In this document: positions 23,283 through 33,468 of the stretch, one piece after another
Numbering within the stretch: position 1 is the stretch's first letter
Layout of the letters: every line of letters starts with the position of its first letter
DNA from: Escherichia coli
Lineage (GTDB): Bacteria > Pseudomonadota > Gammaproteobacteria > Enterobacterales > Enterobacteriaceae
Assembly (NCBI RefSeq): GCF_048403405.1
Contig: NZ_CP183129.1
Reading direction: 5' to 3' (one strand)
DNA: 64,000 nucleotides
Notes under the pieces: generated by a model
Database searches by the model: none
What the model saw: only the letters and a program-made list of their open reading frames with translations
What the model was told of the DNA's origin: nothing
Position numbers and translations under genes: made by a program

Positions 23283-23495
23283 ATGCCTGAACACCATAAG
23301 GTTAGCCTCTTACTCGTTGGAAATCAACACAGGGGGCTGGGAATGCCGCAGAAATATAGATTACTTTCTTTAATAGTGATTTGTTTCACGCTTTTATTTT
23401 TCACCTGGATGATAAGAGATTCACTGTGTGAATTGCATATTAAACAGGGGAGTTATGAGCTGGCGGCATTTTTAGCCTGCAATTTGAAAGAGTAA
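23283..23495 (+). CDS. mokA: mok-type overlapping reading frame of the hokA locus (70 aa)
   Basis: ORF starting 16 bp after the IS150 right end, co-terminal with hokA as in hok/sok-type loci. Confidence 0.45.
   Translation: MPEHHKVSLLLVGNQHRGLGMPQKYRLLSLIVICFTLLFFTWMIRDSLCELHIKQGSYELAAFLACNLKE
23343..23495 (+). CDS. hokA: Hok-family type I toxin (50 aa)
   Basis: MPQKYRLLSLIVICFTLLFFTWMIRDSLCELHIKQGSYELAAFLACNLKE, canonical Hok single-TM peptide. Confidence 0.85.
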   Translation: MPQKYRLLSLIVICFTLLFFTWMIRDSLCELHIKQGSYELAAFLACNLKE

Positions 23496-23627
23496 GAGTC
23501 TTCGGCGGGAAGTTATTCCCGCCTTTCTTACGGCGTTGCGCATTCTCATTGCACCCAAATTTATTTTTCACAAAAATAATAATAGATTTTATTACGCGAT
23601 CGATTATTTATTTCCTGAAAAACAAAT

Positions 23628-23656
23628 AAAAAAATCCCCGCCAAATGGCAGGGATC
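23628..23656 (-). terminator. rho-independent terminator of cspA
   Basis: On the minus strand: ccctgccatttggcgggga followed by TTTTTTT, 27 bp after the cspA stop. Confidence 0.55.
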
Positions 23657-23682
23657 TTAGATTCTGTGCTTTTAAGCAGAGA

Positions 23683-23895
23683 TTACAGGCTGGTTACGTT
23701 ACCAGCTGCCGGGCCTTTAGCGCCGCTTTCGATGGTGAAGGACACTTTCTGACCTTCGTCCAGAGATTTGTAACCATCGTTCTGGATAGCAGAGAAGTGT
23801 ACGAACACGTCTTTAGAGCCATCGTCAGGAGTGATGAAGCCGAAGCCTTTGTCAGCGTTGAACCATTTTACGATACCAGTCATTTTACCGGACAT
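23683..23895 (-). CDS. cspA: major cold-shock protein CspA (70 aa)
   Basis: [21 protein letters not shown]... with RNP1/RNP2 motifs. Confidence 0.95.
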
Positions 23896-24091
23896 AGTGT
23901 ATTACCTTTAATAATTAAGTGTGCCTTTCGGCGATATGGCGTGCTTTACAGATTTTGAAGCGTTAAAGGAATGTGCACTACGAGGGGTATCAACGATAAC
24001 TCTTGAAGGGACTTGCCTTACTACACTGCTTTAATGGTCTGTACGTCAAACCGTTGATGTGCATTAAGCCACGCATTGGCGGGTGTTGCAA
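23896..24091 (-). promoter_or_regulatory. cspA promoter and 159-nt 5' UTR
   Basis: -10 CTTAAT (24063-24068) and -35 TTGCAA (24086-24091) with 17-bp spacing; transcript start ACGGUUUGACG maps to about 24054; AT-rich upstream element. Confidence 0.6.
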
Positions 24092-24175
24092 CAATTATTT
24101 TTCATATTTATGATTAATCGGTTGGAAAACGGTCCTGTCATCAGGACCGTAAACAGCAATAAAGTGGATAAAAGT

Positions 24176-24466
24176 CTATTCCATCAACTGCTTACTTAAT
24201 GCCGGGTTGGCTTGAATCAAACGCATCAATTTTAGTTCGGCACTTGAAGGCTTCACGCGTCTGGATTCCCATTCCTTTACCATGGCGACTGATACGCCCA
24301 AAACCCGGGCGAAATCATCGATTTTTAATCCTGTCCCTTTTCGTAACTGCTCAATTTCGGTACAGGATGTTGTTCTGTGCGTCAGGGTAATTTTCTGCGT
24401 TTCATCTTTAAAAACAATCTGTTCTAGGCTGCTCAACAGCTCATGCATTGGATCTTTATATTCCAT
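24176..24466 (-). CDS. yiaG: HTH (Cro/C1-type) transcriptional regulator (96 aa)
   Basis: 96-aa ORF with C-terminal XRE-type HTH. Confidence 0.8.
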   Translation of the reverse strand: MEYKDPMHELLSSLEQIVFKDETQKITLTHRTTSCTEIEQLRKGTGLKIDDFARVLGVSVAMVKEWESRRVKPSSAELKLMRLIQANPALSKQLME

Positions 24467-24899
24467 TGAAAACTCCTCAAATCACACTGCGGGATCGTGA
24501 ATTGCATCGAAGCTCATTAAGAATAGTCGGGAAAAGCAGACACAGCGGGGTGAAGTCAGGGCATGCTCTGGCTATGATTCGATTCAGCCAGTCATTTAGC
24601 GTGACTTATAGCCACCTAACGATCTGATAAATGCCGATATATCTCTTACCACTCCCGGTTTGTAAAGATTTCGAAAATCTAACGTTCTGAGAAGGCGTTA
24701 ATCTCTGGCAACAAAAAAAGCAACGGCACTATCATTTTTTAACAATGAAACAACAAATTAACCTTGTTTCATTTTCTCCATGATTTTACCAGGAAGATTA
24801 CGTAGAAAGGGTATCCTGCAAGCCTGTCCTGGACTATCCTTGTCACGTCAGACACGCGTGTGTCGTTGTGCGCTTTTTTTGGGTGAAAGGAGTAAGAAA

Positions 24900-25610
24900 A
24901 TGGCGACAGGAAAGTCCTGCTCTCGCTGGTTTGCGCCTCTTGCGGCGTTATTAATGGTAGTTAGCCTGAGTGGGTGTTTTGATAAAGAAGGCGATCAGCG
25001 TAAAGCGTTTATCGACTTCCTGCAGAATACAGTGATGCGTAGCGGTGAACGTCTACCTACCCTGACTGCCGATCAGAAAAAACAGTTTGGTCCTTTTGTC
25101 TCTGATTACGCGATTCTGTATGGTTATTCTCAGCAGGTGAATCAGGCGATGGATTCCGGTCTGCGCCCGGTTGTAGACAGCGTTAACGCAATTCGCGTAC
25201 CGCAGGATTACGTTACGCAAAGCGGCCCACTGCGTGAAATGAACGGTTCTCTGGGCGTACTGGCGCAACAGCTGCAAAATGCGAAGTTGCAGGCCGATGC
25301 TGCGCACTCTGCGCTAAAACAGAGCGATGACCTGAAACCGGTCTTCGATCAGGCATTCACCAAAGTGGTAACGACGCCAGCTGATGCGTTGCAACCGTTG
25401 ATTCCGGCGGCACAAACTTTCACGCAACAACTGGTGATGGTTGGAGACTACATTGCTCAGCAAGGTACTCAGGTGAGCTTTGTCGCAAATGGCATCCAGT
25501 TCCCGACTTCGCAGCAGGCAAGTGAATATAACAAACTGATTGCGCCATTACCGGCACAACATCAGGCGTTTAATCAGGCCTGGACTACAGCAGTTACTGC
25601 AACCCAATAA
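24900..25610 (+). CDS. yiaF: putative lipoprotein YiaF (236 aa)
   Basis: Start at MATGKSCSRWFAPLAALLMVVSLSGC (lipobox) inside a longer ORF. Confidence 0.8.
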   Translation: MATGKSCSRWFAPLAALLMVVSLSGCFDKEGDQRKAFIDFLQNTVMRSGERLPTLTADQKKQFGPFVSDYAILYGYSQQVNQAMDSGLRPVVDSVNAIRVPQDYVTQSGPLREMNGSLGVLAQQLQNAKLQADAAHSALKQSDDLKPVFDQAFTKVVTTPADALQPLIPAAQTFTQQLVMVGDYIAQQGTQVSFVANGIQFPTSQQASEYNKLIAPLPAQHQAFNQAWTTAVTATQ

Positions 25611-25617
25611 AGAGTAA

Positions 25618-25643
25618 AAGCCCGGGCGATTATCGGGCTTTAC
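25618..25643. terminator. hairpin between convergent yiaF and ghrB
   Basis: aagcccg / cgggctt stem with 9-nt loop. Confidence 0.35.
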
Positions 25644-25659
25644 TCCACGCAGTCGCGGC

Positions 25660-26634
25660 TTAGTCCGCGACGTGCGGATTCACACAGTTCTTCTCAACCT
25701 TTCCTTGTAACGCATCAATCAAATTATCCACGGCACAGGCGGCCATGCCATAACGCGTCTCATGAGTGGCAGATCCAATATGCGGTACTGCGACGACGTT
25801 GGCCATTGAGAGCAACGGCGAATCTACAGACAGTGGCTCTTGTTCGAAGACATCCAGCCCGGCAGCGTGAATTTCCCCTTTCTGCAATGCAGCAATCAGT
25901 GCATTTTCATCAACCACCGGGCCACGTCCGGCATTAATGAATATGGCGGAGGATTTCATTTTGGCGAATTGTTCTGCGCCAAACAGATGATGCGTTTCAT
26001 CAGTTAACGGCAGGATCAGGCAAACGAAATCTGACTCTTGTAACAGTGTATCCAAATCGCAGTAGCGGGCGTTGAAGCGTTCTTCTGCTTCTTTATGGTG
26101 GCGGCGCGCGTTATAGAGGATGGGCATGTTGAAACCAAAGTGCGCACGTTGTGCCAGCGCCATACCGATCCGTCCCATCCCGACAATGCCCAGTGTTTTA
26201 TGGTGAACGTCAGTGCCGTACCAGTCCGGGCCTATGCTCGCGGTCCATTCGCCTGCTTTTACCCGTTCTGCTACCTCCACAACCCGACGAGCGGTAGACA
26301 ACACCAGTGCCATCAGCGTATCGGCGACGGTTTCTGTTAATACGGTTGGCGTGTGCATCAGCAGAATTTTTCGGGCGGTAAGCGCATCGACATCAAAATT
26401 GTCATAGCCGACAGAGATCGTTGATGTGGCACGCAGTTTCGGCATTTTTTCCAGCAATGCGGCATCAACATTCTCGTTTGAACCCAGTAAACCTTCAGCT
26501 TCGGCAAAAATTGCTGCATTTTGTTCGACGGTTTGTGGGCTGAGGTTTGCCACCTGGTGAACGGTGAAATGCTCTTGCAGGCGTTGCAGTAAATCATCAG
26601 GTAAGGCTTTGTAGAGGATAACGGACGGCTTCAT
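25660..26634 (-). CDS. ghrB: glyoxylate/hydroxypyruvate reductase B, D-2-hydroxyacid dehydrogenase (324 aa)
   Basis: Start at [15 protein letters not shown]-binding GxGxxG (GIVGMGRIG). Confidence 0.88.
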   Translation of the reverse strand: MKPSVILYKALPDDLLQRLQEHFTVHQVANLSPQTVEQNAAIFAEAEGLLGSNENVDAALLEKMPKLRATSTISVGYDNFDVDALTARKILLMHTPTVLTETVADTLMALVLSTARRVVEVAERVKAGEWTASIGPDWYGTDVHHKTLGIVGMGRIGMALAQRAHFGFNMPILYNARRHHKEAEERFNARYCDLDTLLQESDFVCLILPLTDETHHLFGAEQFAKMKSSAIFINAGRGPVVDENALIAALQKGEIHAAGLDVFEQEPLSVDSPLLSMANVVAVPHIGSATHETRYGMAACAVDNLIDALQGKVEKNCVNPHVAD

Positions 26635-26700
26635 GCTTCTCTCCATTCACTGATAAGGCGATCACCTTAGCCTGAAATATGATGAAGGAAAACTGAAGAA

Positions 26701-26728
26701 TGCCAGGTGATTTCTGCATCACCTGGCA
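26701..26728 (-). terminator. hairpin downstream of yiaD
   Basis: tgccaggtgat / atcacctggca 11-bp stem with 6-nt loop. Confidence 0.4.
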
Positions 26729-26737
26729 TGAAAGGGA

Positions 26738-27397
26738 TTACAGCGGGCTTAAGGTAATTTCTACACGGCGGTTTTGCGCCTTACCTTCTGCGGTGCTGTT
26801 GCTGGCGATTGGGTTAGCCGGGCCAAGGCCCTGAGTACGGATGCGGCTGGCGTCCACGCCCTGGGTGATCAACGCGCTGGCAACGGAATCCGCACGCTGC
26901 TGGGAGAGACGCATGTTCAGGTCGTGACCACCCGTGCTGTCGGTATAACCAATCACGTTAACCGCCGTTTTCGGATACTCTTTCAGCACCATTGCCACGC
27001 CGGTCAGGGTGTTAGCGCCTGCCGGTTTCAGGGTCGCGCTGCTGCTGTCGAAGGTCACATTGTTCGGCATATTGAGGATAATGTTATCCCCGCTGCGGGT
27101 TACGCTAACACCAGTGCCGCGCATTTTGTCACGTAGCTTCGCTTCCTGCACATCCATGTAATAACCCACGCCGCCGCCCAGAGCTGCGCCTGCTGCTGCG
27201 CCAATCAGCGCGCCTTTACCGCGATCTTTCTTCGAAGAAGAGAGCGCACCAATACCCGCGCCCACGAGAGAGCCCAGACCTGCGCCAATAGCAGATTTAC
27301 CTGCTTCGCGTTCGCCGGTGTAAGGGTTAGTTGTGCAGCCAGATACCGCCAGAGCGCCACTCACTACTGCGGCAATAAGATAAACACGTTTCTTCAT
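26738..27397 (-). CDS. yiaD: OmpA-domain lipoprotein (219 aa)
   Basis: Lipobox signal peptide, Gly-rich segment, C-terminal OmpA peptidoglycan-binding domain. Confidence 0.85.
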   Translation of the reverse strand: MKKRVYLIAAVVSGALAVSGCTTNPYTGEREAGKSAIGAGLGSLVGAGIGALSSSKKDRGKGALIGAAAGAALGGGVGYYMDVQEAKLRDKMRGTGVSVTRSGDNIILNMPNNVTFDSSSATLKPAGANTLTGVAMVLKEYPKTAVNVIGYTDSTGGHDLNMRLSQQRADSVASALITQGVDASRIRTQGLGPANPIASNSTAEGKAQNRRVEITLSPL

Positions 27398-27549
27398 TGT
27401 TAATCCTTAATAACCTTTTTATTCTTTGCCACGGGTTCCGTGGCGGGAGATTATGCCGCGTGAACATGAAGATTATTCCTGGGAATACTCGGAAATTTGT
27501 AAGTAATATTTAACTGCTCAATACATCTAACCTTTCAGGAGTCTTCGGT

Positions 27550-29883
27550 TTGGCCAACTCATCCTCACGATATTCCGTTCTGACTGCCGCCCACTGGGGG
27601 CCGATGCTGGTTGAAACCGACGGCGAAACCGTGTTTAGCTCGCGTGGCGCGTTAGTCACAGGAATGGAAAACTCCTTGCAGAGCGCGGTTCGCGACCAGG
27701 TTCACAGCAATACGCGGGTACGATTTCCAATGGTGCGCAAAGGCTTTCTCGCGTCACCGGAAAACCCGCAAGGCATTCGTGGGCAGGATGAATTTGTTCG
27801 CGTGAGTTGGGATGAGGCGCTGGATCTTATTCACCAACAACATAAACGCATTCGTGAGGCTTATGGTCCGGCATCGATTTTTGCTGGTTCCTACGGCTGG
27901 CGTTCAAACGGCGTGCTGCATAAGGCCTCGACATTATTACAACGCTATATGGCGCTGGCAGGCGGTTATACCGGGCATCTGGGGGATTATTCGACCGGCG
28001 CGGCACAGGCGATCATGCCGTATGTCGTGGGTGGCAGCGAAGTTTATCAACAGCAAACCAGTTGGCCGCTGGTGCTGGAACATAGCGATGTCGTGGTGCT
28101 GTGGAGTGCTAACCCACTCAATACGCTGAAAATTGCGTGGAATGCATCCGATGAGCAGGGGCTTTCTTACTTTTCTGCACTGCGTGACAGCGGGAAAAAG
28201 CTGATCTGCATTGATCCAATGCGATCGGAAACCGTTGAGTTCTTTGGCGATAAAATGGAGTGGGTGGCACCGCACATGGGCACCGATGTTGCGCTGATGC
28301 TGGGGATCGCCTATACGCTGGTGGAAAATGGTTGGCACGACGAAGCGTTTCTGGCGCGTTGCACCACAGGTTATGCCGTCTTCGTCTCTTATTTGCTGGG
28401 CGAGAGTGACGGAATAGCCAAAACCGCCGAATGGGCGGCAGGGATTTGTGGTATTGGCGCAGCGAAAATCCGCGAGCTGGCGGCTCTTTTCCACCAAAAT
28501 ACCACCATGCTGATGGCTGGCTGGGGAATGCAACGTCAACAGTTTGGCGAGCAAAAGCACTGGATGATCGTCACGCTGGCGGCAATGTTGGGGCAAATCG
28601 GCACACCCGGCGGCGGTTTTGGACTTTCTTACCATTTTGCCAATGGTGGTAACCCCACGCGCCGCGCTGCGGTGCTCTCTTCCATGCAGGGCAGCTTGCC
28701 TGGCTGCACCGATGCGGTAGATAAAATCCCTGTTGCCCGCATTGTTGAAGCACTGGAAAACCCTGGTGGCGCATATCAACACAACGGTATGAACCGACAT
28801 TTCCCGGATATTCGTTTTATCTGGTGGGCGGGCGGTGCCAACTTTACTCATCATCAGGATACCAATCGCCTGATCCGTGCCTGGCAAAAACCGGAGCTGG
28901 TGGTGATCTCTGAATGCTTCTGGACGGCGGCGGCGAAACACGCGGATATCGTTCTGCCTGCGACCACTTCGTTTGAGCGTAATGATCTCACCATGACCGG
29001 CGATTACAGCAATCAGCATCTGGTGCCGATGAAACAAGTGGTGCCGCCACGTTATGAAGCGCGTAATGATTTTGATGTCTTTGCCGAGTTGAGTGAACGT
29101 TGGGAGAAGGGCGGCTATGCGCGGTTTACGGAAGGAAAAAGTGAGCTGCAATGGCTGGAAACGTTTTATAACGTTGCCCGGCAGCGCGGGGCAAGCCAGC
29201 AGGTTGAATTGCCGCCATTTGCTGAGTTCTGGAAAGCCAACCAGTTAATTGAGATGCCGGAAAACCCGGACAGTGAGCGGTTTATTCGCTTCGCCGATTT
29301 TCGCCGCGATCCGCAGGCGCATCCATTAAAAACCGCCAGCGGTAAGATTGAAATATTCTCGCAGCGTATTGCCGATTACGCTTATCCGGATTGCCCTGGG
29401 CATCCAATGTGGCTGGAGCCGGACGAATGGCAGGGCAATGCCGAACCGGAACAGTTGCAGGTACTTTCTGCTCATCCGGCACATCGTCTGCATAGCCAGC
29501 TGAATTACAGTTCTCTGCGCGAATTGTACGCGGTGGCAAATCGTGAGCCTGTCACCATTCATCCTGACGATGCCCAGGCGCGCGGCATACAAGATGGCGA
29601 TATTGTTCGGTTGTGGAACGCACGCGGGCAAATTCTTGCCGGAGCGGTCATTAGCGAGGGAATTAAACCTGGCGTGATTTGTATTCATGAAGGGGCATGG
29701 CCGGATCTGGATTTAACCGCTGACGGTATTTGTAAAAACGGCGCGGTGAACGTTCTGACCAAAGATCTCCCCAGCTCGCGGCTGGGGAATGGCTGTGCGG
29801 GTAATACGGCACTGGCATGGCTGGAAAAATACAACGGTCCGGAACTGACACTTACAGCGTTTGAACCACCGGCCAGCTCATAA
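27550..29883 (+). CDS. bisC: biotin sulfoxide reductase, molybdopterin oxidoreductase (777 aa)
   Basis: 777-aa ORF recognised as BisC (DMSO reductase family). Confidence 0.9.
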   Translation: MANSSSRYSVLTAAHWGPMLVETDGETVFSSRGALVTGMENSLQSAVRDQVHSNTRVRFPMVRKGFLASPENPQGIRGQDEFVRVSWDEALDLIHQQHKRIREAYGPASIFAGSYGWRSNGVLHKASTLLQRYMALAGGYTGHLGDYSTGAAQAIMPYVVGGSEVYQQQTSWPLVLEHSDVVVLWSANPLNTLKIAWNASDEQGLSYFSALRDSGKKLICIDPMRSETVEFFGDKMEWVAPHMGTDVALMLGIAYTLVENGWHDEAFLARCTTGYAVFVSYLLGESDGIAKTAEWAAGICGIGAAKIRELAALFHQNTTMLMAGWGMQRQQFGEQKHWMIVTLAAMLGQIGTPGGGFGLSYHFANGGNPTRRAAVLSSMQGSLPGCTDAVDKIPVARIVEALENPGGAYQHNGMNRHFPDIRFIWWAGGANFTHHQDTNRLIRAWQKPELVVISECFWTAAAKHADIVLPATTSFERNDLTMTGDYSNQHLVPMKQVVPPRYEARNDFDVFAELSERWEKGGYARFTEGKSELQWLETFYNVARQRGASQQVELPPFAEFWKANQLIEMPENPDSERFIRFADFRRDPQAHPLKTASGKIEIFSQRIADYAYPDCPGHPMWLEPDEWQGNAEPEQLQVLSAHPAHRLHSQLNYSSLRELYAVANREPVTIHPDDAQARGIQDGDIVRLWNARGQILAGAVISEGIKPGVICIHEGAWPDLDLTADGICKNGAVNVLTKDLPSSRLGNGCAGNTALAWLEKYNGPELTLTAFEPPASS

Positions 29884-30292
29884 TCCAGGTGGGTAGTTGG
29901 GTTTCATCCTGCCATGCGCAGTCGACAATGTGAAAACCCTGCGCATGGTAAAAATCTATCGCCGGTTGATTTTTTTGATAAACCTCCAGCATCAGATGGG
30001 GATGGCGCTGCTGCACATACTGCATTAGCGCCTTACCAATACCGCGTCTGACGGCCTTCGGTGCGACAAACATTGCAGCCAGAAATCGGCCTTCCATAAT
30101 GCTGACAAAACCGAGAAGCTTACCGTCTTCTTCCCAGACCCAGTTTTGCGCGTTGGCAAGATAGGCATCCCGCACCAGCGGAATGCAATCACGCCAGTAA
30201 TTCGCTTTTATAAAGGGATGCCCCCAGGTTGTACTTTCCAGCCACAGTTCGAGGATCGCGGGGAGTTCTGAACGTTGCGCTTCCCGAATCAT
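29852..30292 (-). CDS. yiaC: GNAT-family N-acetyltransferase (146 aa)
   Basis: 146-aa ORF; 3' end overlaps the bisC 3' end by 32 bp; overlaps tag stop by 4 bp. Confidence 0.82.
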   Translation of the reverse strand: MIREAQRSELPAILELWLESTTWGHPFIKANYWRDCIPLVRDAYLANAQNWVWEEDGKLLGFVSIMEGRFLAAMFVAPKAVRRGIGKALMQYVQQRHPHLMLEVYQKNQPAIDFYHAQGFHIVDCAWQDETQLPTWIMSWPVVQTL

Positions 30293-30852
30293 GGTTTATT
30301 TCCCGGATAGCAACAGCAGCCAACCACATGATCATTCACCAGCCCACATGCCTGCATAAAGGAGTAACAGATTGTGGTACCAACAAACTTAAAACCACGC
30401 TTTTTCAAGGCTTTAGATAGAGCGTCGGAGGCGGGCGTAGATGTAGGGATTTCGCTCAACGTTGTGGCTTGTGTCACCTGTGGTTGATGATTGACAAACG
30501 ACCAGACAAAGTCGGCAAACGGTTCGCCGTTCTGTTCCATTTGCAGGTACGCCCGCGCATTACCAATAATTGCCTGAATTTTCCCGCGATGGCGGATAAT
30601 CCCGGCGTCCTGTACCAGTCTTTCGACATCCTCTTCCTGCATTGCAGCCACCTTCACCGGATCGAACTGATGAAAGCTGGCGCGATAGTTTTCGCGTTTT
30701 TTGAGGACGGTGATCCACGATAATCCAGCCTGCTGCCCTTCAAGGCAGATCATTTCGAACAGTTTTTTACTGTCAGTTTCAGGCACGCCCCATTCATTAT
30801 CATGGTAGGCAATATAAAGCGGGTCCTGACTCACCCAGCCGCAACGTTCCAT
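30289..30852 (-). CDS. tag: 3-methyladenine DNA glycosylase I (187 aa)
   Basis: Start at MERCGWVSQDPLYIAYHDNEWG inside a longer ORF; zinc-binding Cys at the C-terminus. Confidence 0.9.
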   Translation of the reverse strand: MERCGWVSQDPLYIAYHDNEWGVPETDSKKLFEMICLEGQQAGLSWITVLKKRENYRASFHQFDPVKVAAMQEEDVERLVQDAGIIRHRGKIQAIIGNARAYLQMEQNGEPFADFVWSFVNHQPQVTQATTLSEIPTSTPASDALSKALKKRGFKFVGTTICYSFMQACGLVNDHVVGCCCYPGNKP

Positions 30853-31009
30853 ACTTTCCCTCGCTATGTACCCGATCGTAAAAATTTCAGCCGCTTTTCT
30901 TGACGCATCGGTGAAAAAGTCAATATTTAATACAGGGCTACTATGCCCGATATCCTTCATACAATGACAATAATATTGCCGAATTCGGCTCTTCCCTGGA
31001 GTCGTGTTA

Positions 31010-31708
31010 ATGATCATAAAAAAAAGCGGTGGTCGCTGGCAGCTAAGCCTGCTGGCGAGTGTGGTAATCAGTGCCTTTTTTCTCAACACAGCTTACGCCT
31101 GGCAACAAGAATATATCGTTGATACGCAACCCGGACATTCCACAGAGCGTTACACCTGGGATAGCGATCATCAACCTGATTACAACGATATTTTGTCGCA
31201 ACGTATTCAAAGTAGCCAAAGGGCGCTGGGACTGGAAGTCAATCTGGCGGAAGAAACCCCTGTGGATGTGACCAGCAGTATGAGTATGGGCTGGAATTTT
31301 CCTTTATATGAACAGGTTACAACCGGCCCGGTCGCGGCATTACATTACGATGGCACAACCACCTCGATGTATAACGAGTTTGGCGACAGTACTACCACGC
31401 TAGCCGATCCGTTATGGCATGCCAGCGTGAGTACCTTAGGCTGGCGTGTTGACTCCCGGCTTGGCGATCTCCGACCCTGGGCGCAAATCAGCTATAACCA
31501 GCAATTTGGCGAGAATATCTGGAAGGCGCAATCAGGCCTGAGCCGGATGACGGCGACAAACCAGAACGGCAACTGGCTGGATGTCACCGTAGGCGCTGAT
31601 ATGTTGCTCAATCAAAATATTGCTGCCTATGCTGCGCTATCTCAGGCAGAAAATACCACTAACAATAGCGACTATCTGTATACGATGGGGGTTAGCGCCA
31701 GATTTTAA
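31010..31708 (+). CDS. yhjY: YhjY, autotransporter beta-domain-like outer membrane protein (232 aa)
   Basis: Signal peptide followed by an aromatic-rich beta region ending in F; start chosen as MIIKKSGG. Confidence 0.7.
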   Translation: MIIKKSGGRWQLSLLASVVISAFFLNTAYAWQQEYIVDTQPGHSTERYTWDSDHQPDYNDILSQRIQSSQRALGLEVNLAEETPVDVTSSMSMGWNFPLYEQVTTGPVAALHYDGTTTSMYNEFGDSTTTLADPLWHASVSTLGWRVDSRLGDLRPWAQISYNQQFGENIWKAQSGLSRMTATNQNGNWLDVTVGADMLLNQNIAAYAALSQAENTTNNSDYLYTMGVSARF

Positions 31709-31936
31709 CGTTATAGATACAATTGAAACCATTGGATAACAACAGTTGTGGCGATAGTGGGTGCTAACTTACTAAATAATAAATTTGGTGAATAATTGTC
31801 GAGTCATTCATTCCTGAACTAATGCATTTCATTCCGTTCTGATGGCATTTCATGCCGTTTTTCCCCAGGCATAAAGTGCACTTCGTTATGGTTGTCAGCA
31901 GAGATTTTTCCTTTTTATTACTGCAGGAATACTGCC

Positions 31937-33145
31937 ATGACACCTTCAAATTATCAGCGTACCCGCTGGTTGACACTCATCGGTACTATCATTACCCAGT
32001 TTGCGCTGGGGTCGGTTTATACCTGGAGCCTGTTTAACGGCGCGCTTTCTGCCAAGCTGGATGCGCCGGTAAGCCAGGTCGCTTTCTCTTTCGGCTTGTT
32101 AAGTCTGGGGCTGGCAATTTCATCTTCTGTTGCGGGGAAATTACAGGAACGTTTTGGCGTTAAACGCGTCACTATGGCTTCCGGCATTTTGCTGGGATTA
32201 GGCTTCTTCCTGACAGCGCATTCTGACAACCTGATGATGCTGTGGTTAAGCGCCGGTGTGCTGGTCGGTCTGGCGGATGGCGCGGGTTACCTGCTGACGC
32301 TCTCTAACTGCGTGAAGTGGTTCCCGGAGCGTAAAGGTCTGATCTCCGCGTTCGCTATCGGTTCTTATGGTCTGGGTAGCCTGGGTTTCAAATTTATCGA
32401 CACGCAGCTGCTCGAAACGGTGGGTCTGGAAAAAACTTTTGTGATTTGGGGAGCGATTGCGCTGGTGATGATTGTTTTCGGCGCAACGTTAATGAAAGAC
32501 GCACCAAAACAGGAAGTGAAAACCAGCAATGGTGTGGTGGAGAAAGATTACACGCTGGCAGAGTCAATGCGTAAACCGCAGTACTGGATGTTAGCGGTAA
32601 TGTTCCTGACTGCCTGCATGAGCGGCCTGTACGTGATTGGGGTAGCGAAAGATATCGCCCAAAGTCTGGCACACCTTGATGTGGTTTCCGCAGCCAATGC
32701 AGTCACTGTTATTTCCATCGCCAACCTTTCAGGTCGTCTGGTTCTGGGGATACTGTCTGACAAAATCGCCCGAATCCGTGTTATCACCATTGGTCAGGTG
32801 ATTTCGCTGGTGGGTATGGCGGCCCTGCTGTTTGCACCATTGAATGCAGTGACGTTCTTTGCAGCGATTGCCTGCGTGGCGTTTAACTTTGGCGGCACCA
32901 TTACCGTTTTCCCGTCACTGGTCAGTGAGTTCTTCGGCCTCAATAACCTGGCGAAAAACTACGGTGTGATTTATCTCGGTTTCGGTATCGGCAGCATTTG
33001 TGGGTCGATTATCGCCTCACTGTTTGGCGGCTTCTATGTGACGTTCTATGTCATCTTTGCTCTGCTGATTCTGTCATTGGCGCTATCTACGACGATTCGC
33101 CAGCCAGAGCAGAAAGTATTGCGTGAGGCGCATGGCTCCCTTTAA
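31937..33145 (+). CDS. yhjX: MFS transporter (402 aa)
   Basis: 12-TM MFS architecture; start at MTPSNYQRTRW. Confidence 0.85.
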   Translation: MTPSNYQRTRWLTLIGTIITQFALGSVYTWSLFNGALSAKLDAPVSQVAFSFGLLSLGLAISSSVAGKLQERFGVKRVTMASGILLGLGFFLTAHSDNLMMLWLSAGVLVGLADGAGYLLTLSNCVKWFPERKGLISAFAIGSYGLGSLGFKFIDTQLLETVGLEKTFVIWGAIALVMIVFGATLMKDAPKQEVKTSNGVVEKDYTLAESMRKPQYWMLAVMFLTACMSGLYVIGVAKDIAQSLAHLDVVSAANAVTVISIANLSGRLVLGILSDKIARIRVITIGQVISLVGMAALLFAPLNAVTFFAAIACVAFNFGGTITVFPSLVSEFFGLNNLAKNYGVIYLGFGIGSICGSIIASLFGGFYVTFYVIFALLILSLALSTTIRQPEQKVLREAHGSL

Positions 33146-33229
33146 TCATCTGCCGCAAGCTACTGGGCTTTAGCCTTAGTGTGAATCAAACGCTTCAACG
33201 CAATATATAAACAATGACGCGTAAAATTT

Positions 33230-33252
33230 GGGCCAGTTAACTGGCCCTTTTT
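33230..33252 (+). terminator. rho-independent terminator of yhjX
   Basis: gggccag ttaa ctggccc followed by TTTTT. Confidence 0.7.
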
Positions 33253-33468
33253 ACTGCTTTTTGTAACGCTAAAGTCTCTTTTCAAACTTGCATTTTTGTA
33301 AATTTGTGCTTCATGCACATTCTTTCCCCACACTTTTTCCCTTTGCTGTGGTCTACTTATTCGCGCGTGTAGATTTTACTTATCTGACTACCTCCGCACT
33401 TTTCCCCTGCCGGGCCCGAAAAGCCGTTAAGCAGGGTGTTATCACCTGTTTGCCCAGGGTTTGTTTGC

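Noticed and set aside
27937-29151. 404-codon minus-strand ORF inside bisC
   Set aside because: Antisense to the recognised 777-aa BisC; low-complexity Arg/His-rich translation; no independent support.
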